Shown here: piece after piece, positions 53,402-64,000 of the stretch | Numbering within the stretch: position 1 is the first letter of the stretch | How the letters are laid out: each line of letters begins with the position of its first letter | NCBI GenBank assembly: GCA_051530055.1 | Contig: CM121341.1 | Location: 17,214,784-17,278,783 of the forward strand | Reading direction: 5' to 3' | Source: Neoechinorhynchus agilis | Taxonomy: Eukaryota; Animalia; Acanthocephala | DNA length: 64,000 nt | Translations under genes and position numbers: made by a program | The notes under the pieces: model-generated | The model's input: only the letters and a program-made list of their open reading frames with translations | Told to the model about the DNA's origin: nothing | Database searches by the model: none

Positions 53402-55549
53402 TCAAGTGAATCCATTCCAACTTCCATTTCGACCATTGCCTTTATTTAAATCGAGTCTACCTAGATCACTTATATCGCTCTCCTCTGCAAAATCACTGAT
53501 CGATCTTTCGAGTAGCTGTACAATACCAGTGACGCCTTTACTGATCATTTGATCGAGTTCTACTTGAGTATCTCGAATTAGATGAACATCGCTGCCGAAA
53601 ACATCACTGAATCGATAACTTAACCAAAGGCATAGATCGAACACATCATAGACAGCTTCCAAATGTATGAGATCTTTGATCGTTCCAGGAGTATGAAATG
53701 GCCAACCGATTTGTCGAAGGAGCCAGTCATGTGTAACCGGTAATCGTCGACTATACATTCTAGCGAATTTCAAGAACATTGTACACACAAACGGCTCTTT
53801 CTTATTGATGGGAGCACAACAGAATACGTACCGAGACCGAAGATCGAGAGGAACATGATCAATCAAATCAGCCAGAAACTTAAAATCGTCAATGTTGCAT
53901 AGGAAATACAGATCGGAATTAAGTCGGCATAAGGCAGTGAATATCTGGATTAGTTGAGTTAGACTATTTTTAGGTAAATGATATGCCAACAATTCGATTT
54001 GATCTGCAGTAGGATGAAGTCCGACTCTATGAATCGGATCCACCTCGCGAGATAAAATCTCATGTAAAATGGGAAGATCTTTAGGTCGAAACGTTGTAAC
54101 TTCTCCACTCTCAAATTCACTATTGAATCTACCGGCTCTTCCTGCGATTTGAAGTGCCTGTGAAGTATTAATAAGATCGATTTCACTGTCGCCATTCTCT
54201 CCAAATTGTGGCTTCATCAAACTATAAAATATAATTCTTTTAATATTCAAATTCAGACCCATTCCTATGGCATCTGTGGCTACCATAACTTTGCAAGGAT
54301 CATCCGTGTCATTAAAACGTTTCGCTTGACCCATTTTCGACCCAGGCGGAAGAGAACCGTATATCACAGCGGATTCGATTCCAAGACGATCAAGTTCCCG
54401 TGTAACTGTAAAGATATCTCGTTTACTGAAACAAACGAAACAATCACCAGGCTCGCAAAACTTAAAACTACCTAGTGCCTTATCCAAATACACTAATTTA
54501 CTCAAACGTTCATAGTTTCGAACTTCCAATTCATCTCCACATGAGAGCACAAGTTCGTCAATTACATTTATAGCAGATGCTTCTCCGCATAAATGAACTT
54601 CTTCAGCGCAAATACCGAGTAGAACTCTCGTCCACGCCCATCCACGTTGCCAATCCCTCACCATTTGAACTTCGTCCACAACAGCGACTTCGTATTTCGT
54701 GTACAGATTTGTCATTTCTATAGTGCAAGACGTGTGAGGGCTGGGATTCCCTTCTGGATCAACTAGGCGCCGCTCTTCACCTGTAATCAAATCACAATCA
54801 ACCCCTGCTTTAATCGATTCTCAAAGATCAATCACGAAAATCTCAATTAAGAACCAAATACACGATTTTACTGCAATTTCCGTAGCTAAAAGTTTCAAAG
54901 GACCGCAGTATACACCGGATGAAGCTGATAGGAATCGTTGAATGGCTTGATATGTCTTTCCACTGTTTGTAGGTCCAGCGTGATAGACGAATTTTCTAGA
55001 AATCGCCCTGGCTTCACAATACCAATTGGGAGGTTCCCTTAAATCAGATATTTTCTTAAGATCTTCAATGCACATCAAATGCGGGAAAGCTGTTTGAGCG
55101 TGTTTAAGGAAATAGGGAGCAATGTCAGCGACATGAGCAGTTCCTTTGTTTCCTTGGGAGACTATTATATCATGGAGAGTGATGTGAAGATCTGGAGGTA
55201 GATTCCTTTTAAGGCTAGATTGTCCGACACCAGCAAGACACATTCTTTTAAAGCTCGAGTAAGCTTCTTGAAACATTTTCAAGTCTAAACCGTTCTCTTT
55301 CGCTAAGGATCGGATTTCAGGTAGTCGGTAGAAATCACTCAAGACTTTGAGAACCCGAGTTCGGTCAAGTGGCCCAACCAGCTCTTCACCAACAGCAACG
55401 CTGTTGTAATAATTGAATTCGTCATTCGGATATGATTGAGATGATATTAAATTTACAGCCTCATTGTAAGACTTTGAAGATGAATTTGTTGAAAGCAAGC
55501 GTAAAAACTGCCGTGAATTAATTAGAGATTTTTGTATAACACTTTTCAT
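53402..55549 (-). CDS. SUPV3L1: Mitochondrial RNA helicase SUV3
   Basis: [43 protein letters not shown]-type [33 protein letters not shown]. One short interruption near 54808-54867. Confidence 0.95.
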
Positions 55550-56649
55550 TTAAATATCTAAAATGTAAACATAATGAGTGTTCCAAAACTTGAGTAATGG
55601 AACCTTGCTCTAAAATGTTCTAATTCTGTTGAAAGCAAAAAAATGGGCACTTCAATTTAAGAAACTAAAAGTAATTGAGATAAACTTATTTATTTGAAAA
55701 GACATTGTTAATCATCCAACGAAGGATCCGCGATCCAAAATTGACGACCAAAAATGCTTCCCATGCAACAAAACAACTTAAATACCAAATACAAATTAAG
55801 TTCCCGAAACCCTCATCTAAATAAGAATGCTTCGTAGGCCCATTATTGATAATCTAAAGCAAATATGACCCTAAGCGAAAAAATAATTTCTTAAGATACC
55901 AGAAAACGAAAGAAGTGCAGTTACCGAATTGTCCGTTGAAAATTTTGCTTTACAATTTATTGATTTTAACGATTAAAATGAAATAACCACATAAAGCTGT
56001 GTAAAATTAGCTGAGAGTAGATTACGGAAATCGCAAAGATTAGAAAAAGTCTACATGCTTAATCATCTACTCAAAATCACGTTCTTTATGATTTTCGAAA
56101 TTTTAAATGGAACTTTAAATTTTTATTACATTTTCATTATATTTCTTAGTTAATCTTTTATCCAGCTTTAAATCTCGTTTAAATCATATTTATTCTGCTT
56201 TCTAATTTAATCTTTGTACGACCATTATTTTTAACGGCAAGAATGGATATTCTTTACTTTATTAACCTTTTTACTTAAGGTCTCGAGTCGGTATTCGCGA
56301 ACTTATATTGCAAATTCAACTAAGATTCCCCAATGAACTAATTAATGCTTAAAAACACTCGCAATATTTTAACCAGAATTCATAATCTCTTGGTGTATAC
56401 TGCCTTAAGGGGAAGAAAGCGTTAATTTTTTATCCAAACGAATTGATTGTGCTTTAATAATTTGATTTAAAGGTGTTTCCCGGAAATTTTGTCTTATGCC
56501 CTTCTTGTTACTTTCTGAAAATCAATAGTTTCATTCTTAGTAAAAACCTAATAAAACCAATAATTTTAATATATTTTTAAAGGAATATTTTAATATCCTG
56601 TGAAATACTACTTGATTTCCCAGCCGCCTGATTGATCAAGTTGATAAAG

Positions 56650-57400
56650 ATAATCCTTGTTTTCGAGCTTTCGCCGCCTTACGGCTTTCTCAACAATCTG
56701 TAAAAACAAGTGGATATGCGAAGTGTGTTAAAGTAGCGACATCGAAGCGGTTGAGCTGATTTTCAGAACTCTCCATCGCATTGTCTGCGGATACACCATA
56801 CATTCTTTGGCCAAAAATCTAACTCACGTGGAGAGTTTTACTTCTCCGTCGCTGTTGCACTCTGAGTGGTGTTTTGCCCATGGTGTGCCCATGATTGTGC
56901 ATTCGGATTCAGTGCGTTGCGAATGTGTTCCGTCAAACGTTGACATAAAGGCTATTCAGTTTAGCCTATCTATAGATAACCCCTCTACGTGTGCAAATCG
57001 AATCTTGTCGGCCATTTTTGTCCAATGAATTCCCTGGTCCATGAGTACACATCGATGACCGGTGCTAGACATCTTTCCGGCGTTTCGTGATGCCCAGCTC
57101 TCGTCAGGATTCGCCGAATTGCAGGCGCACTTCTGTGGACAATCCGAAAATCCATTCCCGATAGTCGCAGCAGCTTTCGAACGTCACTAGTGAACTTTTT
57201 ATTGATATATTTTTACCTTGAGAATCGGTATTCGTATATGTCGATTCTCTTGATTGACACCGCTGCTAAAATCACATAATCTCTTTACGTGAATATCCAT
57301 CATCCGCAAAAATTCCGTTCACTCTGTATGTCGCCAATTGTTTATCCGTTAATGACGATGAACGAACCAGAGATTTAATGCGCATCTCAACGTAAATTGC
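56650..57400 (-). mobile_element. Second Penelope-like element, linker plus GIY-YIG, degenerate
   Basis: Broken frames give GIFADDGYSRKEI, KFTSDVRKLLRLSGMDFRIVHRSAPAIRRIL, RGVIYR and QRLTEHIRN. Confidence 0.6.
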
Positions 57401-57479
57401 ATGTTTTAAAGAAGTTGTTCATGAATATATTTAAATAAAATCCTTTATTTTTTTTTAATATTGAATGTAATTATTTTTT

Positions 57480-57903
57480 TTCTTCGTGATCTTTTCTATT
57501 TGGTTACTTTTCTTTACATTCACCACCTCCCACCAAATTCCAGCTTTTGTCCTTCCTCGACCGTCGCCATCACGCTGGCAGCATTGCCCCGTTGTACTGC
57601 CAGCGAGATATTTTGTCGAAGAAATAAGCCTGCTCTTGAGTCTCCGGTTGCCTCTCTCAATTTCTTCGAGAGATCCTTGAGCAGAGAGAGTGCCGAGCTG
57701 CCGAGCGCTCCATACGTCTCTACCCCAAAGGGGACAAAATAGTGAGCCCTCGATAGCTGCATATATTTTCGTACCTTCCTCCCTTCCGCTGCACTGGCGG
57801 CACCACCGGCGATTTCGAGGGAGTAGGGGATGTTGCTGGCTGCGAGGGTGTCCACACACGTGGCGTCCCAGAGAAGGCATTTGCCCTCCCGCCACGGGAA
57901 GAC
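57480..57903 (-). mobile_element. 5'-truncated CRE-clade RLE retrotransposon
   Basis: VFPWREGKCLLWDATCVDTLA, FVPFGVETYG, QNISLAVQRGNAASV. Confidence 0.85.
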
Positions 57904-58100
57904 TGTTTGGTGATAGAGATTAATTTATTGATCTCCTTTTACAATATTTCATCAGTCTCGTCGGACGTCTTCAGGTCTAAAAGGTAGGTCAGGATAGAAT
58001 AAAACCACCCTGACTTACCTTTTAGACCTGAATAAGTCCGAAGAGACGGACAAATTATTGAAAAAGGAAATCAATAAATTAATCTCTATATCACCAAACA
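57904..58100. repeat. ~95-bp-arm imperfect palindrome with two divergently oriented hammerhead relics
   Basis: TGTTTGGTGATAGAGATTAATTTATTGA... pairs with ...TCAATAAATTAATCTCTATATCACCAAACA. Cores CTGAAGA (minus, 57968-57974) and CTGAATA (plus, 58028-58034). Confidence 0.75.
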
Positions 58101-58249
58101 AAATATAAATTGCCTATTACATTACCAATAAGATAATGCGAATTTCGATGCATGACTATCCTTTTACGGTTTGCGATACTAACTGATATCAGCGATGTCA
58201 TTAACTTTAAAGTACAAATTGAGGAATGGAAGATAATCCGATGGTTTGT

Positions 58250-58680
58250 CTCGCATTAGCTTAATTTAACCAGTAGGATCCGTCGAATTCAACCTCGTCT
58301 CCTTGTCGTCGACCTCACAATCCTCGCTGCAAGTGAACAACACATCATCCACATAATGGAGATAAATTTGGCTCGGCGTTACATGCGGGAATTTGCACTG
58401 TATTTCCAAATTATCGAGGAAAATCAATGCCAAGACGGTAGCAAAGCTGTTTCCCATTACATTCCACGAATTTGTCTATAACGTTGGTTGTTATATCGAA
58501 AGAGGTTGCACTCTAAAAAATTCGAGTGAGTCCGTTCACGTCCGTCGGTAGCATTCTAAATAGGTTTAAGTTCTCTTTGTTCTCATTCAACCGCTTCTCG
58601 AATGCTCATATCACTCCCTCATTGTCAACGTTCGTATGGTGCGAGACAAAATAAAAAGACATGATCCGACCACTATTTAA
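58250..58680 (-). mobile_element. Penelope-like RT core fragment
   Basis: RYRQIRG..MGNSFATVLALIFLDNLE...YVDDVLF; likely the same element as 56650-57400. Confidence 0.7.
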
Positions 58681-58800
58681 GTCATTGCATTTCGCAATCA
58701 GAGAATTAAGTAAACCCTTAACATTCTGCAAATATGAACTCGTTATCTGAAGCAGTGGGCTAATCGCCATCACCAGGAAGTGTTCATCATTTACTTTTTC

Positions 58801-58941
58801 ATAGCGAATTATAATAATTGATTTATTTGATAATTTTAAGCCTGTAAATAATTTGTCGATTAGATTAATTTACAATAGACTGAAGAAGGCCCACGCGATG
58901 GCCGAAAATTATCAAATAAATCAATTATTATAATTCGCTAT
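58801..58941 (+). ncRNA. Minimal hammerhead motif inside a perfect 37-bp inverted repeat
   Basis: CTGAAGA-A-GGCC-cacgcgat-GGCC-GAAA-ATT-A at 58880-58911; arms 58801-58837 and 58905-58941. Confidence 0.6.
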
Positions 58942-59778
58942 AAAAAAAGTTCATTAACTGTCGAAATTCGCAATCTTTGTTCGATTCCGTGATATATGTA
59001 GTCCGATCTCGTAGTAATTCCGCCATCTCATGATTTCTTCTATACATTTGTCGATCGAAATGTGGTCACAGACTCAATCACTCAATGAAATAAGAATCGA
59101 TTTGCCCTTACTCTCCTCGTTACCCGTGGAAAGAGCATCTTGTTCATCTCAACTTTGATTCAATTTAGCTTTCTAATTCTTTTAACGATTCGCAAGAACG
59201 TCCATACCCTCCCACAGCTCTAGGAATTGCGACCACTCGCCTCTCGAAATTGAACCGCGGCCTTAGCTTCCTATAATCGTTCCGTTTTCTTACTCGCATT
59301 GCTGCTCTGTACCGTGGTATTTTTCTCCCTGTTCTGCATCAATGATCTCACGCGCAAATGACGCCCTAATCGTGTAATATTCACTGAACTTGTTCATAAA
59401 TTTCAAGTTGTCTCAAAATATTGTTGCTACGTCAAGAACAAAATCGATTATTTTGAGAAATTTTAAGGTTTCATGAAGGACGCTAAAGCTTTTCGTGCAA
59501 AGTGAAAATGTTGAGCTGCAACATAAAACTTTTTCCCTTTGCGGAAACGGTAAATCGTAATCATTTACGGTTAATCTGAAAACTACTTTAGGAAATCTTA
59601 TGTTAAAACAAAAAGTCGGCTAAAAAGCACCGATGATCAGCATTGATATCGACTTTTTCAAACCGACAGAGATTAGTCCGTTACTGTTTTGACAATATAA
59701 AAAATCCTTTTTTGTTTACCATCTAAAAATAGCTGACCAATGCATTTTGTCTATATCATGATTTATAGATCAATAAAT

Positions 59779-60487
59779 ACAATGTTTTCCCATGCGATTT
59801 TCCGTAAGTTTTCCATCGGAAAACATTCTTTAACGCTCGCGGCGACTGGAGAGCCAAGATCGACTTCGTTCCTAGCCCAAAAAATAAGCATTGCGGTGCA
59901 GCGGGGCAATGCGGCTAGCATTTTGGCCTGCGCCGATGAATAGGGGCGTCGAAGAAACTATAAATCCAGCGTAAAAATTAAAAGAATTTGTTTGGAAAAA
60001 AAATTAATGGGAATATTGTGGAGCGGAATTATGGATTCGCGGGAGAGCTCATATATATTCACAGGCAGATATATTTGATGTTTTATAAAAAAATTAACAA
60101 CATTAAGGTGTAAATATAAAAGAGAGGTTCATGTACGATCCAATGAACGATTATTCTTTTACATTGACCAATATTTTTATTTATGTCTTGGATTATTATG
60201 TCCGACGGACACCGGATTTAAATCTTCACTAATTTATTCCCGATATTTAACGTCAAATAATTTCGGATTATATTAATTTACAATGACAAATCTCGGGAAA
60301 AAAATATCGAATAAAACAGTTAAACAATTTTGATAAAGGAATACAAAATTGTGCCGAAATATTGGAATCAATAAATTATTTCAATTTTTTAGGCCACATA
60401 AAAAACACGAACAATTCAATCTTCAAACACAATGTTTTCCCATGCGATTTTCTGTATGTTTTCCATCGGAAAACATTCTTTAACGCT
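59779..60487 (+). mobile_element. CRE-clade 3' fragment flanked by a 59-bp direct repeat
   Basis: TGEPRSTSFLAQKISIAVQRGNAASIL at 59838-59943; repeat copies at 59779-59837 and 60429-60487 with 2 mismatches. Confidence 0.65.
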
Positions 60488-60670
60488 ATTAAACAAAATT
60501 TGAATAATCGACAATGCGGAAACTGAAAGGCCAACGAGAAGACTTTTAAGACCATGGCACTATTTTCCGCAGACATCACCTTCGACACGGCAGAAAAATC
60601 ACACTGATGACGCAACACCGACGTTCTTAAATATTTTTTCCTCCATCATTTTCCCCATTGGTCTAAGACG

Positions 60671-62086
60671 ATGGATACTTTAACAAATTCTATTTCAAAA
60701 TTATCCATTCAATCTTTGGACAATCTCGATGTTAAGAAATTGACGCCATTGACGCCGGAGGTAATAAGCCGTCAGGCGACGATGAACATCGGAACCATTG
60801 GTCACGTAGCTCACGGCAAATCCACGGTGGTAAAGTCTTTATCTGGCGTAATGACAGTTCGATTTAAGAACGAAAAAGAGCGAAATATAACAATAAAGCT
60901 GGGATACGCTAATGCAAAGATCTATAAATGTGATAATGAGAAATGTCCACGGCCGGGATGCTACCGAACCGCAGGTAGCAGCAAAGACGACGTATTTCCT
61001 TGCGAACGTCCGAATTGTGGAGGAATGTATAGACTTTTGAGACATGTGAGTTTTGTGGATTGTCCCGGCCACGATATCTTCATGGCTACAATGTTGAACG
61101 GTGCTGCTGTGATGGATGCTGCTTTATTGCTTATAGCTGGCAATGAGACATGTCCTCAGCCACAAACTGCGGAACATTTAGCAGCCATTCAAATAATGAA
61201 GCTCAAACACATTATTATTCTTCAAAATAAAATAGATCTTGTCACGAAACAGGCTGCTCGTGATCAATTTGTTCAAATAAGCGACTATATTAAAGGAACT
61301 CCTGCTTATGGAGCTCCTATAATACCAATCAGTGCTCAACTCAAGTACAATATCGACGTGATTGCTGAGTATATCGCTCAAAAAATCCCGATTCCATTAA
61401 GAGATTTCACTTCTGATGCACGACTAATTGTTATCAGATCTTTTGATGTTAACAAACCTGGCTGTGAAGTGGATGAATTGAAAGGAGGTGTGGCCGGTGG
61501 TAGCATTTTACGAGGGGTTCTAAGAGTTGGTCAAACAGTTGAAGTTCGACCTGGGATTGTATCAAAAGATGCCGAAGGGAAACTTATTTGTCGACCAATA
61601 TTTTCAAAAGTGGTATCACTTTATGCTGAACAGAACGATCTTCAGTATGCCGTTCCTGGAGGGCTGATTGGCGTTGGCACTAAAATCGATCCAATTTTAT
61701 GTAGATCGGACCGTCTTGTTGGTCAAGTCCTTGGAGCTATCGGTAGTCTTCCTTATATATTCACCGAACTCGAGATTGCGTATTCTTTGCTAAGGCGACT
61801 TCTTGGAGTAAGAATTGAAGGCGATCGAAAAGGGGCGAAAGTAGCTAAACTCGTTCGATCAGAGTGTCTCATGGTTAATATTGGAAGTCTCTCAACTGGC
61901 GGTCGGATCAGCTTTGTCGACGATAAGGTAGCCCGGATTCAGCTGACGCATCCAGTTTGCACTGAAATTGGCGAGAAAATCGCTCTTAGTCGACGTGTTG
62001 AAAAGCATTGGCGGCTCATAGGATGGGGAACTGTGAAGCGCGGAATCACAGTAAAACCAACCGGCGACGCTCCTGAGGTTTTGTAA
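60671..62086 (+). CDS. EIF2S3: Translation initiation factor eIF2 gamma
   Basis: [60 protein letters not shown]; 471 aa, intronless. Confidence 0.98.
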   Translation: MDTLTNSISKLSIQSLDNLDVKKLTPLTPEVISRQATMNIGTIGHVAHGKSTVVKSLSGVMTVRFKNEKERNITIKLGYANAKIYKCDNEKCPRPGCYRTAGSSKDDVFPCERPNCGGMYRLLRHVSFVDCPGHDIFMATMLNGAAVMDAALLLIAGNETCPQPQTAEHLAAIQIMKLKHIIILQNKIDLVTKQAARDQFVQISDYIKGTPAYGAPIIPISAQLKYNIDVIAEYIAQKIPIPLRDFTSDARLIVIRSFDVNKPGCEVDELKGGVAGGSILRGVLRVGQTVEVRPGIVSKDAEGKLICRPIFSKVVSLYAEQNDLQYAVPGGLIGVGTKIDPILCRSDRLVGQVLGAIGSLPYIFTELEIAYSLLRRLLGVRIEGDRKGAKVAKLVRSECLMVNIGSLSTGGRISFVDDKVARIQLTHPVCTEIGEKIALSRRVEKHWRLIGWGTVKRGITVKPTGDAPEVL

Positions 62087-63133
62087 CAGATCCGCAGTCG
62101 TGCACACAAGCACAAACAAAAATTAATTGATCATTCGTTTTTGATAAATCCGTGGGATAAACTCTGAATTTTCTAAAGAGCGAATAACTCAAATAATAAG
62201 TTTTTGTTAATTTTTCAAATTCTGATGTATTTAAACGTCTCACGGCTGAAAAATGATTTAGATTTCTTAAACTATCCGAGGGTAATGTGGAAAATTCTAC
62301 ACTTAATATGAGATCCAGCAAAATTGGATAAAGCCGTCGGGATATTACTTTTTTCAGTGCAAATTCTTTCTACAATTCAGAATGGAGGAGTCTTGGTCAT
62401 TGACATTGAAAGTTAATCAAAAAAGGAAGTACCACACCGTTGCACCTCTCTTCGTTCGCTAATTAGTTTTTTTTAGTTAATTCAACGAATCTAATTGCAT
62501 TGAATCCGAAGAAATGATGTCCTAGTATTTTTGGTTATACTGAATTAAGAAGTCATATCTTTCACCGGCAAGTTCAAGGAAAGCCGTAAAATCATATGAA
62601 TATTATTTATTGTTGTTAATAGTCTAAGAATCTTAAAGTTCACATTTTTACATATCCTTGACTTCATTTATTTTTGAATCTATTAGATGGTTTTTCATAC
62701 ATAATTTCTTTTCTATTTCGCGGAACTATAATAAGGTCATTCTGAGTTTTCCAACAGTAAAATACTCATTAAAACATTCCTTACATAAAACGATTAGTCT
62801 ACGTTATGTTATTAGCGAAAATTCTATCAACTCAAATAATTTTTGATTTTCAAGTGCGAAAGTAAGAAGATAGTTTTTAGTCGCAATTTCCATCTGGCGA
62901 TCGTTGATTCTCTTTTGTACTGAAATCGTAAAGATGAAGTCTTCGAGCTCGCTTTGATTATCTCCAAAATAGGTTCATTTTAAACCCATTTTAATTTTCG
63001 CTTTTAATAGAATGTGCTGATTGCTGCCATTTCAAAATCTTTAACGTCGGAAGCCCGGTAAAGGATACGCATTATATTTAATTAAGCCGACGACCGCCAC
63101 CGTAAACTTTGAACGATGTTTATTTCTTTGTCG

Positions 63134-64000
63134 TTAAAGTTTAACTTGTCGTGTACGGGTCTTTAATAACGACATCCCAAGAAGGTCTTTCATTAGCTCA
63201 CAATCTTCTCTGGTTTTAAGTGACGAGAAACTTTTGGATCTAACCACTCGAGCCTCACTTTTTGACTCTTCCAACTCGATCCTCGGTTCCTCAAAATGCG
63301 GTGACACGTACCATCGATTCAAATTAGAGGTCTTTATCTTTCCCCTGAGGACAGCATTTTCGTAGCTAACACTCCATATCCATTTTGAATTACAAACCAA
63401 GCTCTTTGGAGGCAAACAAGTCACGTACTTCATCGGAATTGGCACTAAATTCGTGCTATAAACCACACATCGAACTCCTGTATCTATTAATCGCACCGTG
63501 ACTGTAGATGACATTGAATATAGAATTTTGGCTCTGTACCAGGATCCACGGTGAAGAGCAATGACAAAGTCGGACGTGAGATCGTGAACACTAGTCGACG
63601 AATCATGTCCGATCGCAAGAATCCCGATTATGGATTGAAGCTCGTCGTAAAGGCGCTCAACACTTGAGTCAAATATGATCAATATGCGTTGATGATAAGC
63701 TTTTTGATTATAACCTTCGTCTGGTTTCAAAAGACGAAAGCTGATTTCACAACCGTGATCTAGTCGACTTGCAACTATATCAATGGATCCGAGTATGTTC
63801 TGGACGCATTCGGTGATTGAAGTCGAATTGCGTCGTGTAGGCGGATCTCTTCTTGTTCTATGAAATGGATATAATTCCGTTAAAGTGTCGATCATGTCTT
63901 GTTGATCACCCGTCGTACGCCATACTACGGTGTACGTTTCGTCCAACGATTGCTCATCTTCGTCATCGTCGGACGAATCTTCGGAAATGTTTGTTATTTG
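63134..64000 (-). CDS. Tudor-domain protein, 3' part (5' end beyond the right edge)
   Basis: Frame is open to the window edge; ALHRGSWYRAKIL...VTVRLIDTG...NLVPIP is Tudor-like. Confidence 0.65.
   Translation of the reverse strand, partial: QITNISEDSSDDDEDEQSLDETYTVVWRTTGDQQDMIDTLTELYPFHRTRRDPPTRRNSTSITECVQNILGSIDIVASRLDHGCEISFRLLKPDEGYNQKAYHQRILIIFDSSVERLYDELQSIIGILAIGHDSSTSVHDLTSDFVIALHRGSWYRAKILYSMSSTVTVRLIDTGVRCVVYSTNLVPIPMKYVTCLPPKSLVCNSKWIWSVSYENAVLRGKIKTSNLNRWYVSPHFEEPRIELEESKSEARVVRSKSFSSLKTREDCELMKDLLGMSLLKTRTRQVKL

Noticed and set aside
57081-57107. CTGACGA...GAAA on the minus strand
   Set aside because: Stem II pairs poorly and the motif lies within Penelope coding sequence; likely chance.

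Overview
This is compact eukaryotic, animal-type DNA: AT-rich, mostly 43-60 nt GT-AG introns, and a long-coil-1B protostome-type intermediate filament. From memory only, the gene content fits a spiralian, possibly a syndermatan (rotifer/acanthocephalan). Host genes: PLC-beta, an SLC17 transporter, a Pax gene with a degenerate homeodomain, TSR1, a claudin-like protein, a stand-alone I29 cathepsin-inhibitor protein, RPS10, an intermediate filament, USB1, MAP4K3/5, a proline-rich repeat protein, SUV3 and eIF2-gamma. Edge-truncated ankyrin-like and Tudor genes and an RPA1 fragment are also present. Mobile DNA: a nested Penelope/Ty3-gypsy/CRE cluster, three more CRE 3' ends, APE-type LINE remnants and a second Penelope remnant. 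Two signals stand out. (1) Insertions in PLC-beta and the intermediate filament restore the conserved protein only if removed as non-GT introns (AT..AG, AG..AG). Both look like CA..TG inverted-repeat mini-elements inserted at an 8-bp C(C/T)TTAG|AG target, suggesting hAT-like Introner activity. (2) Seven loci carry Penelope-type minimal hammerhead ribozyme motifs, mostly inside inverted or tandem repeats. Exon boundaries were inferred by eye and need RNA-seq.
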